Shown: positions 38,015 to 53,000 of the stretch, in pieces
Numbering within the stretch: the first letter of the stretch is position 1
Layout: every line of letters begins with the position of its first letter
NCBI GenBank assembly: GCA_001600815.1
Contig: BCKZ01000006.1
Span: forward strand, 1,026,137-1,090,136
Reading direction: 5' to 3'
Source of the DNA: Alloascoidea hylecoeti
Taxonomy: Eukaryota
DNA length: 64,000 nucleotides
Notes under the pieces: generated by a model
What the model was told of the DNA's origin: nothing
What the model saw: the letters and a program-made list of their open reading frames with translations, nothing else
Databases searched by the model: none
Program-made: the position numbers and the translations under genes

Positions 38015-41000
38015 TTAACTAGAAGCCAATTCTGAAAAGTATTGACGAAGAACTGATGATAAAACATCAGGTAATTCTCTGATATCTTTAACAATGACAT
38101 AAAGTTCAAATGGAAAGGAATCAAGATATTTGGTGATTTTCAAAGCTGGAAGGCCAGTAGATGGGTTGATATCGTATGATGCTTCTTTCATGTCCAAAAT
38201 AGATTCATTTGTTGTAATTCCATCAATGATAACAAAAACAAGCATAATTCTTTCTTCCCGAGCTTGGCGTACAAGACGAGTGAGAGTCTCATGATCTTCA
38301 CACATACCATCAGATAGAATGATTTCTAATTGCCAAAGATCTGAAGGCCCGTCTGATCTAGCCTCTCTAAACAAATCAATTGATTTTGTAAGAAGAGTTT
38401 TAACATCAGTTTTAACATCACTAAACTCTAACATCCTGAATGCATTAAAACCTGCTTCAAAATTAAATGGTTTCATAAATGGATGAATAACTTTAGTTGT
38501 CTCTCCAAATTTAACAAGTGATAATTGACCGGCTTCAAGTTGAGTAAGAGCTTTAGATACTAACCAAATACTCTTAAATGCTAAATCGACACATCTGGAT
38601 TCTGCCATAGATTTAGAATTATCAATGGCAATCATAATTTGATACTGTCTTTTACTGGGTTTTGTTCTTCTGAGCCAAATATTATCTTTTCTAAAACCAC
38701 TTGCAATATAAGAAATAATACGTCTCATATTTAAACGTTTACCAGTCTTATAATCACCTCTCAATTTAGTGGCTAGCGTAGGTTCGAGAATCAATCTTAG
38801 TTGTTCACAAAGTCCAGCACATAATTCTTGGGTTGATTGATCACATTTTCTCGCAATTTCACGATCCTCTTCTATAGTTCTTGGATTCTTATTCGATTCA
38901 AATACTTCATCTGCAGAGTCTTCATACATTTCTTCATCTAGTTCTTCAATTTCCTTCTTAATTCCTTGTCCATCTTCATGCTCTAATGCATCTTTCTTTT
39001 CACCGATGATGCCACCTTGAGCTTGTCCTCCAAACTCTCCGGCTTCGTTAACTTCTTCATCCTCTGATTGATTTATATCATTTTCAATAGATTCATTTTT
39101 TAATTCTGTAGATTCTTCAACAGTTTCAGGTTCTTCTTCGTCTTCGATGGCCATAGATTCATCTATATTTTGAATTTGATCTTGATCTGCAGCCCCAAGG
39201 GCTTGAGTATCATGGTTAGTATCAGTATGTTGATATTCATCCGCAACATCGACGTTATTTTCGTTATTTTCCTCATTTTCAATAGATTCTTTAATTTCTT
39301 GGTGTCGTTTATGGAATTCTTCAAGTGCATCTCCTAATTGTTTAAGATACTCTTTAGCTTTCTCACGGGCAGGATCTTGAATTTCATCTTCATTATTATC
39401 TGTTTTGTTAATGTTTTCACTAGTTTGAGCTGAACCACCATTTGTGTCTCCATTTTCTTGTTCTTCGTTAACCTCGACATCTGCTCCTTCTCCTTGCTTT
39501 CCTGTTTGTTGTCTAACATCTTGATTTTCATCATTTGTATCATCGTTGTCTACATCATCGGTACCCTGTAGTCCTTCCATCTCCGCTTGCAATTGTTCAT
39601 TATCCTTCATACTCTCTTGTTTTTGCTCGGGCTCTAGGTCTGGGTTATCCATCGGCTCGTCCAAATCTTCTTGCTCAGTTCTATTTTGTTCATTCTCATT
39701 TTCTTCACCATCTAGAGTATCATCCTCTTTAGATTCTTCATTTTGTTCCTGATTTTCATCAATATTGTTTTCTTCAATTACTTCATCTTCATCTCCTTCA
39801 GGTTCACCAATATTATTATCCTCTTCTATATCCATGGCATCAGTTTCTGGTTCAATATCCATAGGATCATCATTATCGTCATCTGGATTATCATTTTCAT
39901 TATCTGAGCCATCATTTTCTAAATCCATATCATCTGGAAGATCTAAAGTATCAACTTCAGGTACATAAGGGTCCATCATATCTTCTTTATTCTGAACTGC
40001 ATCATCTTGCTCATCTAAACCTTCTTCCTCATCTTGAGATCCATCTTCATCTTCTTCGTTTTCCTGTTCTTCTTGTTCATTTGTTCCTTCTTGATTATCT
40101 TTTTGTTTAGAATTATCGCCTTCATCATTTCCTTCCATATTGTCTTGTTCAAGACCATTATCAGGAATGTTATTCGAGTCTTTTTCTTTACTATCATCTT
40201 GGGCTTCTTCATCCCACATCTTCTCATCGACAGCGTTAGGATCCAAATCATCAAGATTATCTATCTCTTCATCTAAATCTTCATCTTCATTTTCATCTTC
40301 ATTATCATCTCCGTCTTCTTCGTCTTCTTTGACAGATTCATCTTCTAGATCACCGGCCATATCACCTTCTATTTCTACCGCATTGTCGTCCTGATCTTCA
40401 TCTTTATCATCTTTATTTTTTTCATCATTCGGTTTTTGAGCTTCCTCTGTTAAATCATCATCTTGTTCGATATCATCGGTCGAGTTTTTTTCTCCTTCAC
40501 CATCTCCCAAGCCGGTTCCATCCTTTGTAGCACTACTATCCTTTTCATGTGAGGGTGGTTCTGGAGTACAGAAACCATTATTGGCAATATTTAACAAAGC
40601 TTTAGACATTAGATAAGCCGACTTCGAATTGTTATAATAGCTCAATTTCATTTTGTTTAGGACGATCAATACTAGTGATTGATATTTTTGTAAAAGTGGT
40701 AAAGTGTATCTTATCATGTCTTTTACTGTTGATGATTCCTCAGAATTGAGTTGCAATAAACTAATGATTTTCAGTGATTCTTTGATTTTAGCGGTTATCT
40801 TCATATTAGTAAGATTCGTATATTTTCCATACATGGCGAACCTTTTTTGTGATTCTGTGAACCAAGGGTCCGCATCATCAGTCAACTCATTCTTTTCTTC
40901 TGATTGAATTTTCTCTAAAATCTTTTGTATAGAAACAAGAATGTAATTCGAAATGTCTCTTAGCGAGAAATCCAATTGCTCTAATGATATTTTTTCTGTC

Positions 41001-44000
41001 GAGTTAGCATGAATTGTTGAATCATTTTGTAGAATATTAGTTTCATCTAACGTCGTCAGCCAATCAAGGATAATATTACCAATAAAAGATAATTCAGAAT
41101 TCTTTTCCATCCATTTTTTCATTGATGACTTAAATTTCAACAGACATAGTTCGGCTTGATCATAGAGCGCAATAAGTTCTGAATTATAAATGCCATTTTT
41201 GATATTTTCCGAAACTTGAAAATAGGTCTGTGATAAATCTAAAAACTCTGATCTCACGCCTTGAACAATATCGTCAAACTCGTTTGATTTAAGGTTAACA
41301 AGTTCGGTGATATTGTTATATGATGAGGTCGCATAATCTAGAACATAAGGAATCCAAGAAATAATAAGTTTTAATTTTGAATCTTTCCTTGAAATCATAT
41401 CAATATTCTCATGAGACACAGCATTAATCAACTCACCTGGATTATTTTGTAATACTGTAAATGATGATAAAGAACTCTCGAAATTAGATAAATTTTCAGA
41501 AACCGACGTCATAATATATCTATTAGAAATTAATGTGAACAGTAAATCCTCAGCGTTAGCAGCACCCCTTTGAATATCTGAGACAGGAACATCAGAGTTT
41601 GTAGAAGCTACCGATGCTCGAAGTTTAGGAAGTAGATCCAAAACACGGTTGAAATAAATATCCGTATCCTCTAAGTTGGTTCTCATGGTTGATGCCATAT
41701 TTGCTAAGATTTTGCTAACACTAGATTGTGAATCATACATCTTAGCAGTAAGACCCGATTTAAGTCCTGCCCTCTTAAGTTCCTTCAAAGTGTCAGTAAG
41801 TAACCTTTGCTTCTGAGTTCTTAATGAGCTAATCATTTTTTTATTTTCCTTAGTTAATGTTGTTGGGGTGTCCTTCTTTAGTTGATCCATATCATCAATG
41901 AGAGCTGATGTAAAATCAAGTAAATCTAAAAAGTTATCTGAGTCAATATTTGAAATATAAATTGTCATATTAGACATGATGCGATTCATATTTCGTAATA
42001 TTTTCGGGCGATTTACCCAGCTAGGAACTTTAGATACAATATCTGCATCATTCAAGTATTCTAGTACAATTGAAGAGGTATATGAAATAGTTTTCAAGGC
42101 TGGAGGTGTTAACTGAAAGTCAGATATTCCACCCTCAATAAGAGAGGTTATACTTTCTGATAACATAGAACGGTATTTCCTAACAATCTTGTAGAGATTA
42201 TGGTGCGATCTTCTTGCACTAGCCTTTAAAGCATCAATATTAATATCTTTCCAACTAGCCATAAGAATTATTTCATTAATTTGTTTTGAATATGTTTTAG
42301 TTTCGCTTTCAATTTTGTTTGTAATAATAGGTGCGAACTGTTCATAAAAAGAAATAACATTTTTGAGAACTCTTCTATATGAATTTAAGAGTTTTTCCGA
42401 GTCTAAGATGTTATCTAAATATAAGAGTTTTTCCAAATGAACAATAAAAGATTTTAACAATTTTAACTTAGGTTTGAAATCTCCATATGTTGATTTGCTC
42501 AAAAAGATATTTAGTGTTTGCACCAGTTTTTCATTGGAGAGTTTCTCCACAATTGTTTCACCACTTACAATTGGTAGAATGATAACTTCATATAAATGAA
42601 ACCACCATTTTCCAACGCCTTTCTGGACCGTTTGATCTTCGAATCTAAAAAGTGATTTCCAAGTTGATAGTTCAAGTTTTCTCCAAGAAACTATCAAGCC
42701 GGTTATTTCATCAAAGTAAGCGGATAAGGAAACACCTTTATGGGCGTACTTTTCCCATTGTGAAATAAACGTGTAAATTTGTTCAACCTTCTGAAGCAAT
42801 CTGGGTAATGGCACATTTGAAGGGTAGTCCAAAAATTCCCTGCAAGATTCGACTATATTAGATAAAATCGCATTTTCATGCCATTCATTATCTGAGATTA
42901 GTTTCATAACAAACTGCCGTATCTTTTGAACTAACGAAATTGATTTTTTGGTTTCTGATGGGTGACTATCTTGATAAAAGTTATAGTTATCCATATTTAT
43001 TTGATTATTTTCATATTTCTGGATCGATGATAGTAAAGAAGACAACAGGCTGGCAAAAACTGTTGGAGTATTGACTCCAGCAAGACATTCATCGGTGAAA
43101 GTCTCTTGTAATTCCATACCATCTCTAAGAACATCTTCGAGGACAATTCCATTTGAGTCTGATAGAATATCCGTGTAGAGAGAATACAACTGTGAATAAA
43201 CATCTTCCTCATTGAATTTTGAATCCGAAGAATCGGAAAGTTGTGTAACTTCTGAGAAATCAGGGAATAATAGTTTAAAATCTTCATCCCAATCCTCTCT
43301 ATCATAAGTTTTGTTTTTATAAATACTATCTTTAGTAACTTCGTTTTCACTTCGTTCTTTTCTTCCATACCAGCGGGTGTGTAACGACTTGAATGCAAAA
43401 GCACAAATCATCTTTTCATAGTCACCAAACGTACCCTCCTTCTGCCAATGTAGTAGACAGACTTTAATGGAGAATATCATCACTTTATCGGCAATCAATG
43501 AGTCAATATTCATAGTTTTACAATATTCGCATACTCCATTAAATTCTAACTGAAACTTTTGAATTATGGTCACAACTTGTAAATCTGTAGACCATAGCGA
43601 ATGAAATTTGTACTTGGAAGTCATTTGTTTATTTCCTAAGACTATAAGATCAAATCCAAGTTTTAAAGAATTGATATATCCCTCCAATATTTTAGTTAAA
43701 TCAGATTGTCTAGAAAATCGAAAGGATGTTCGCTTAATGAATTGACTAGTATTCAATTGGAAATTTTTGATCCTTTGAAGTGAAATGCCATCAAAATCTT
43801 CTGCTGCTTCCAATAATGACTGTATTGCTGGCAATCCAATAGAAGCCTTCATTATTGCATCCCATTCATCAAATAATGCTCCTGTCTCTGTAGTATTAGC
43901 ACGATATATCTGTGGTTTAATACATACAATATCAGTGGACCACGGAGATGATAACTTCGGTGAAAGCCTATGGGTTGCAGCATAATAGGCACTCCAAGAG

Positions 44001-47000
44001 TTCATAATATCTTGAGCTAGGTCCTTTTGATGGAGTAATCTTTCATAAATAACATGTTCTCTAATAGCCGGATCAAATGGAATATTCGGAACATACAATT
44101 GAATTAAACCAAGAGAAAATGAGACAAAAGCTCTTCCTAATGCTAGAATATAATTAGGAGAATTTTGATGATTCAATAGTCCTCCAAGAGCTGGAAGAAT
44201 AAATGTTACTAAAACACTTAAAAATTTTTCATCAACACTATTTGTAAGAAGTTGGGGAATGGACATAATTATTGAAGGATCATTCGACACCAATCTTGAA
44301 TATATTTCTAATTTCAGTGTATCATCAACCTTAGGGTCTTCGATGTGTACCTCAATTATCGATGATATCCAGTCAATCAGCATTGTTTTAAATAAACCAG
44401 TTTGGTCTTGTAAAATTGATTCCGAGAATCGTATTAGCGCAATTGAAAATGATTTCAAATCAGATGATGATTGTACAAGCGAGTTCGCTGCAGTTTTTTC
44501 AAACAACAAAGCCTTTTGAAAAGAATCCTTTAAGAACTTCGTAGAAAATATATCACTGACAAATGAATAATAACCGTCATTCGTGTTTTCCCATAAATAC
44601 TCCAACACCAATGGAAATGGCTTCAAGAACTCATTATTGTTAAAAGGTTCCATAGAAAGGGTACTTTTCCCCGAAAAGTATCCGAGATTTAAAATTTCAT
44701 CCAATTTAAAAGAAAATGAATCTTTATTTGAGGCCTTAGCTAACAAGAAATTGAAAATAATTAAGAATAGATTCTTGAATGTATTTTCTCTCACATGTTT
44801 AAAGCTCTTTGATTCCTTTTCTAGATTCTCAATAACTTCACTGAGGGTGTTTATCGAAACTTGAACAAAATTTTCCTTTGTCATATCACGATTAATTTGA
44901 AAAATGGATTTTCTCATCGAAGATATCAAATCCAAAGAATCAGGGAACTGCCTCTCTACCAATTTATCAAATTTGTTAATTAATTGAACAAAATGCTCAT
45001 GCTGGCTCCAAGCTTCTTCTGAAGATGGATATGTTACTCTAAAGTTATTCCAGATTATCGTCATAGAAGTTCCGGTAGTAAGGTTTAGTTCATCCCCTAA
45101 TTCTGAAACAGCTTTAATCAAAATGTTTATATTGTTTGTGGAATATGTTTCAACTGACTCGTCAATCCATGTTTGTAATAATTGTTGATATACATGTAAA
45201 ACTCCATTTTTAATTGTATCTACTTTAACAATGTCATTCCATATAAGTTGAAGAGCATGAAGATTTCTAAATTTTGAAGAAAGATCAAAGACTGATCCTG
45301 AATTTAAAGAAGTTTCTAATTCATTTTTGATGTAGTCATTTATCCCAAGAATGACAGAATAAATATTGATTTTGGGTGAATTTTTTAACTGCCTGCCATG
45401 ATAAACGGCTGCACATTTCTGAACAAAATTTAGATCCTGGGCCTTCTTGGTTGTACTTTTATTATATACCACTTCAAGGAATTTATCAGCTTCTCTAATA
45501 TTTAAGATCAGATCTAAGAAATAGTGAATTTCAAAGTGTTCATCGGGAGATGATCGCATGAATCTTGAAAAATAGTCATTTATTGTATGGTTAAGACCTT
45601 GATTATAACAATAATCATTTACAAAGGATTCGCCAATAGCGTCTGCAACAGGTTTAGAGGCTGACATAAAACGATTGTAAAAGTAGTCTAATATCGATTT
45701 TTCTTGGAAGAATTTTATAGTTTCTGTAACTTCTTTGATCATCGCCTTAGTATCAGCATCAAAAAGACGGGATCCTAATGAAGAGCTAGCCCATCGGTGA
45801 ACATCTTTAGAGGTAAACAATGGTAAAGTTGTCGAGATTGTTTGCAATATTTTCGAGTTGGACTTATCATTGACGTTTTCATAAATGTCATTAACCAGAG
45901 AAAAATTGTGAGAGAAAGAATCACAGGGGTCAAGAAATGTCACTAAAGGCTTGGCCATTTTTGTTTCTTCTTCGCCCAAACTCAATTCTTCAATCTTTAT
46001 CACCAAATCTGATGCAGGATCATTAGACTTTGGAGCCAAGTCTAAGACACATTTGTCAAAATTCGTTTGTCTACTCTCAAGGGAATCCAGAAATATTTCA
46101 ATCCCACGATTTCTCATAGCTCTTGATAGCTCACCATACTTTGGATCAACCGTTAAAAATAATCTGAAATTTGGATGAGGTATTACCACTCGTGGAGAAC
46201 CATCATGCAAACTGTACTCGTTGATAGTTAGCACGCCATTTGGTTCTAGTAAAGAGTTGAGCCTGTCTAACACAGATGAATTACAAAGATTTGCATTATC
46301 AAGAATAAGCCAATGACCCTGAATCAATGCGCGTACTAATATACCATCAAACCACTTGAACTTAACGTCCCTAACTTTAATAACCTCTTCCTGTAGTCTC
46401 AATAATTCGTCTTTAAAGGGTTGTGAATCAGTAACAAATATATCATTAGTTAAAAGTTCCATTGTCGTTTCAAATATTATTTCAAAGTTTTCAACTGATG
46501 GATCCAATGTCTCATACTGTCTTAAGACGGATATTATTTTATAGGTAATTTCAATTATAGAAGGAGAAGTTGATTTGAATAATGTCACTAATATTCTTTT
46601 GATATACGGAGAAAAAGTCGCATAAAACTGTGAAATTTCTCTTATTAAGTCAACTTGTTCATATCCACCAATAATATCCATACTATCGATATCGCTATTC
46701 ATTGGAAATTCATCTAATTTTACTCCTAGAATACTTGCTAGGTATCTAACAATACTGGTTTTACCTGAACATGTTGGTCCAACCAAAATCAAAGGCCAGT
46801 TATTGTTTATTGATGTTAACGCTGTTTCAATGATTGGCGTATTACACTGGAGAGCCATGAGTTCTGGATGTAAAGCATAATTAATATCTTCAAATTCATT
46901 TCGAGCTATTAGTTCTCTTCCGACTTGAACAACTTCAGGGGTGAGTTGAAAAAAATCATCTTTATGTTGAATTTCTTCGCCAACACAATTACTGAATAAT

Positions 47001-50000
47001 TGTAGAGACATTTGTCTATCAATTTTACTTCTAAATCTTTGAGAAATAATTGGACCTAAAAATTCACTAATTCCTCGTCCTTCAGATAGTCCACGTTTGT
47101 TTAAGAGTTCAAGCCAACGAAGAGTATCTCTCAAATTGAATTCCCATGGCCCACCATGAGACCCCCATTTTTTGTTAACAATAGTCTCATCTTCAAGTTT
47201 TAAGATATATCTAATAAGCTTGGTGATAATTTCATCATCCATTTTTGGAAATAATTGATGACAAATTAGCTCTAAATCCTTGGACAAGTATTTATAAGCA
47301 TAAACTGTAGTAAACCGATTAACAAACGACTTGGGCAAACCTTTTCTTCCACCTCCTTGAATCTGTGGATTTTGCGCGGCAAATACCAAAAAATTTGGGT
47401 GACATGAGAAAGATCTGTCAAGTTCAGGAATATAAACTTCACCTCTATGATCTAAACATGCATTTAATCCTTCAAGAACAGATTGGGAAGCTAGATTCAT
47501 CTCATCAAGTAGAACCCACTCACCTTGTTGCATAGCTCTTAAAAACGGTGCATCACGCCATACAAATTCTCCAGCTTTTCCGCCTTCAGCAGGAGAATCA
47601 GATCCGAATAAGTCGATAAGATCCGTCTGGTCAGAAAGATTTATTCTAGTAAGTGGCTGTCCGGTAGCATCAGCAATAGCAGAGATCAAACTAGTTTTAC
47701 CGACACCGGGACTACCTTCAAGAAGAATAGGCTTATTAACTTGCATTGCCCTTATTACTCGCATAGCATTGGCGGCCGTAGTTGGGGCATTAAGATTGAA
47801 AGATACCAAATCCTTGCTATTGTTTTTTCTTGCGATTGAAAATGGTCCTATTTTCAAGTAATTTTGATCGGCCGACACTTTATAAGACTCATTATAAAAA
47901 TCTTCCAAAGAAATATTATGTTCTACTACTAACTTATTGATAGATTCGTTTTTAAGTTCCTCTAGCCGCGATTGAGACTCAGCAAAGTGTGCAGTGTTAT
48001 TAGTGCCAAGAGCGTCAATAAAAACCATAGAACAACCGTGCAATAAAGCTAGCTTTGGTGACATTTTTTTATATGAAGCATTTATAAAGTTTACCCAGGC
48101 TAAGATATCACGGAGAGAGATGATACCACTGGTAGCATTTCCACCACCGAATTTCTTACCAAACCATTCTGAAAAGGATATAATTGATCCATCAAAATGT
48201 TTAACATCATCAGAAAGTTTTGAATGTACAATTTCTTTCACATCAGCAAAATCATCCATTGATGGGACCCATATTTCCGTGAAACGGTTTCTTAGAGCCG
48301 GGGAAAGTTCCTTTTTACCATAGTCTCCTCCAGGGTTCATAGTAGCAAAAAATTGAAAGCCTTCTTTTGCTGTAACAATTGTATTATCTCCCTTCTCAGC
48401 TAAAAACAATGTTCGTTCCGTTTCCAATACACTGTTTAATCTTTCTAATACGCTGTCTTCACCTAATGAAATTTCATCCATAAGGAAAAAATCACCCTGC
48501 TTAAGAGCATGTATAAGTGGACCATCATTCCATTCAAAAAGCACTTCTGAAGCTGCTTTGTTCACTTTAATTTTTTCCAGTAAATCAGGTGTAATGTGAT
48601 CCAAATTTGGTATATTCTTAAACATTTCCAGCAACATTTCCAAAGTAACATCATCACTTATCTCATTTACTCCAGATTGCTCAAGGGCTAAAATTAAATC
48701 TTGTTCAAGAACTTTCTGTAATTCCAGACGAGCTCTAACAGGTCTTTGTGCACCTAATATATCTCCCGTTTCAGTATTTTGATGAACATTGAGCGAAATT
48801 AAATTCTTGTTTTTGAGTCCAGCTAGAATTTGACATATAGTTGTTTTTCCACAGCCTGTTTCGCCAACCAATAAAACAGGTTCATTGTTGGCAATAGCAG
48901 CTAATACTAGAGTCGAAAGTCTTCTCATACCTTTTGTCCATATAACAGGGCAATTTTCAAGTTTAAATAATTCCTTGTTTTCAAGCCTCTCGTAAATTTT
49001 ATCAATGTCAAGTTTAACTTTCATTACCTTTTCAATGACAGTTTTAACAACCATTTTTTCTTCTGGTTTTCTTACACGTTCGGCAAGTAACATATAGCCG
49101 TTGGCAGCTATTTGTTCCTTATCATCAGCATCTCTTTGAGCCCATCTGAACAGATCTCTTAAAGTTGCGAAACTATTTTTCTGTTCCATATATCGAGTTT
49201 CTTGTCTTTGAACAGATAATTCTTTATAAACTTGTACAATTTTTGTAGCATATGATGGTGCAAGGTTTTGACAACGTTTTGCAAGAATTGTTTCCAATTC
49301 ATCAACAGGAATATCGTCAAAATGCAATTCAAGAAAACGATTTCTAAATGCTCTTGATAATACTTTTCGACCACCATAAAGTTCGGGAGGGTTTTGTGTT
49401 GCAAATAATAAGAAATCTGGATGAGGTGAAATATTCTCCCCGGTTTCGGGAATAAATAATTGACGATTATCATCTAAAAGCCTATTTAAAGATTCCAAGA
49501 CATCCGTTGGAGCCAAATTTAACTCATCCAGTACAACCCAATAACCATTTCTTAAAGCTTCTACCAATGCACCTTCCTTAAATACTAGACTTCCAGTGGA
49601 ATCAGCGATATATGAACCAAGATACTCTTGCAGATCTGTATGTTCATGATTATTAATTCTGATGAATTTATGACCAGTAATATCAGCTAAATGTTTAATC
49701 ATACTTGTTTTACCACTTGAAGTTGGACCTTGAATAAGGATTGGGTATTTTTGTGAAGTGCTTGAAGCTCTTATTAAGTTTCTTAGATTTTTTCTAACAA
49801 AAGGTGTGTCTGTAACATAATTTGATTCTTTTAAAGAATAAGATCCCTTTTTAATCAAATAATTTTCAACTACAGTGTAGTCATCATTCGGCTTTCGTGG
49901 TTTTCTAGATAGATCCGATTTTGGGTTTGAACTTCTGTTAATTGTATATTCTTCAATTAATGGCAATAATATACTTTCAGATTTACCATCGAGTAATGTT

Positions 50001-53000
50001 AAAAAAGTCATACAAAAACCTTCATATAAACTTCTTCTTAGGCCATAATGTGCAGAGATTGATCTTGCATATGATAGAGTTCTACTTAATGTTCTTATGC
50101 TAAAATGTGGTTTATTTTTAGCACCATCAACAATATATTTGCCTTCTGCCTTTTTTTTTGATTCAATATATAAATTTGCAATGTCATTAACAACAAGAAA
50201 ACTATCACGGGAATCTTTTGGAAGGTATTGGGATATAATTTTATTCAAATCAGAGAGATCAGTATCTGGTGATACAACATAATATTCCGTAAATCTTGAT
50301 CTAATACCAATTGGTAAATCTCTTTTTCCAACATCAGTTGCAGGATTCATACAACCAAATATTCTGAAATCGGGATGTGCTTTAACTGATTCAATTTCAC
50401 CCTTTTCAGATAATAAAATACTTCTTTGATTTAATTCAGATGATAATAAATCAGATATACTTTCAAGTGTATCCTGAGATGCAAGATTAATTTCATCTAA
50501 CAATAACCAATCACCATTTCTAACAGCTTTAACCAATGTACCTTCAACAAATTTAAAAACAAAAGAATTTTCAATTTGTGAAAATTGAATTTCAAATATT
50601 TTAACTTTTTCTTCAAATTTGGTCCATGCATCTAAAAGTGTTGATACTTCATCTAAATCAAGTCTTCTTTTCTTGCTGGGAGTTTCTTCATTGATATTTT
50701 TTTTCTTGTTGGTGTTATCGTTATTATTCTTTTTCAGTGTTTTATTATAAAGTCGCTTTACAATTTCTGTAAATCTAAGCCAGCATTTGATAACAATTTT
50801 CCAATCATTTCTATTGAAATATTTTGATAATTCGGCAGAAAATATTTCATTTTTTTTATTATAAGGAAATGTATCAAATAATGACTGAAATTCTTCTTGT
50901 AAAGGAATAGCTATTAATTTCACACTAACTGGTTTGTAACCACCAAGCAAATCGCTTGATTCGGTCTGTTGAGAAACATTTATAACAGTCAACTTTTTAC
51001 CCATTAACTCAGCCATTTGTTGAACGATTGTTGTTTTGCCGGTACCTGTTTCACCCACCAATAAAGTTGGTTCAATCATAGTAAGAGAAACACCAATTTG
51101 TTCCATTAATCGCTTTGCATGATTTGTTGTTGCAAATGAATTTGATGCTGATATTTTTTTAAATGAAGATGAAAATTTTGTAATAGAATTTGTAGGTTTT
51201 GGTAATAAAGCACGGCCAATCCTAAGAAATTCTTTGTCATCTTCAAATTGTGGGACATGATTTTCAAGATACAAATTTATTCGTGAAGTTGGAATTTTAA
51301 GAGATTCTCCTATTTCTTTGGTAAGAAAGGCAATTGCTTCATGATCATCAACAGCACCTACAAAACAATCAACAGCTTCAGCAAAAATATTATCAAAAAT
51401 TGATTGTGGTAACGGTTCTTGTAGAAGAGTATAATTAGCGTTAAGTAGTAATTTGTCGATTCTACTAGCCCATTTAATTAAATCTCTCGTCGATATTGAT
51501 CTTAAATGTGAGCCTTTACACAATGAATGAAACCTTGAGCTTTCATATGTTTCTCTAATTAACGAATAAGTTGTAATCAAATCATTTGAAAATAGCTTAA
51601 GTCTAGGCCATTTTGTAGAAATTATTAATTTTAATTCATCAATTGATTGTTCATTTAAAAATATTTTATTCCATAATCTTAAACCAATTAAATCTGGAAT
51701 TATTTTCTTTTCAGATTCATTTGAATTTAAAGAAATTGTTGAAAATAATTGAAATCCATCTTTCGCTTTTATGATCTCACCACGTGATGGAATTCTAATT
51801 TCTCTTTTTTCAAGTAATGTTAATAAAATTGATAAAACTTCAGTCGGAGCTTTATCAATATCTTCAATTAAAACCCATTTACCTTCTCTTAAGGCAGTGG
51901 TTAAAACACCGGATTTCCATTCAAATGTACCAGGGGTTGCGCCAGATGAATAGGTTCCTAGTAATAGTTTTGCATCCGTTTCATCACCAAGATGAATGCG
52001 CACAATATCGTTTGAGTAAGACATAAATTTTGCTATTTCATTAATGAAAAAAGTTTTACCTGAACCTGGTGGACCAGCAAGTAACGTTGGCTTTGACTTT
52101 TGAATATTAATTGATAGTTTCGAAATTGTATCTAAAGAATTTGTAGTTTGTACAAGATCTGCTTGAAAATTAACTGGTTGATGAAATTTTATAATCAAGA
52201 TTCCCCCAATTATCGCAATAGAGGGACTTAAATCATTGTTAGATATTAGAATACATGATGATGATGATAATGGTGTATATCTAAGCTTAATTTCTGAATC
52301 TTTTAATATCTTAGAAGCATTTGATTGTCTCTTAGCTTCCAAATAAGCAAGAAATAAATAATCAATATTTTCATCTCCATTAAGTTCCCCTAAGATTTGT
52401 GTATCTCTTCCAATATGATTTTCAATCATTGTAGATGTAGCACGTTCAGATATTTTCAAATATATTGATAATAATTGAATTGAAAGATAACGAATGACAG
52501 TACTTTGATGATTTAATAACAATGAATATAAAAAATCAGGTTTTATGAAATTAACATCATTATTATGATTAGTATTTGATTTAAGAATTCTATAAAATGA
52601 TAAAAGTATATCTTTCAATTCCTCATTTGAAATAATTTTAATATTCTTTTCAATTAGATTAAAGAAATCAACATCTTTTATAAATTGTTTTAATAATGGG
52701 AAAATTTCATTTGAAAATTTAATTACTTGAGAAATTGAAGTTAAAATGAAAGAACCAGGAATAACTTGATTATATTTTAATCCATTTCCAAAAATTCGAA
52801 TAAATTCTTTTTCAATATTTGGATTTGATATCCATCTTGAAACCAAATCAAGATAAAGGGGTTTAAAAGAAGCTAAAATTGGGATAGATAAGGATTCTTG
52901 TAAAGAATAAATTGCGAGATGATCTAAATTTTCACTTGTGGAAATTTTTGAATCAAATGTAAATGGTGTGATAGTTCCAGATAAAAAATTATCATTATCC

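Noticed and set aside
39334..52026. Short antisense and alternative-frame ORFs within MDN1
   Set aside because: Shadows of biased codon usage in a long gene, especially its D/E-rich region.
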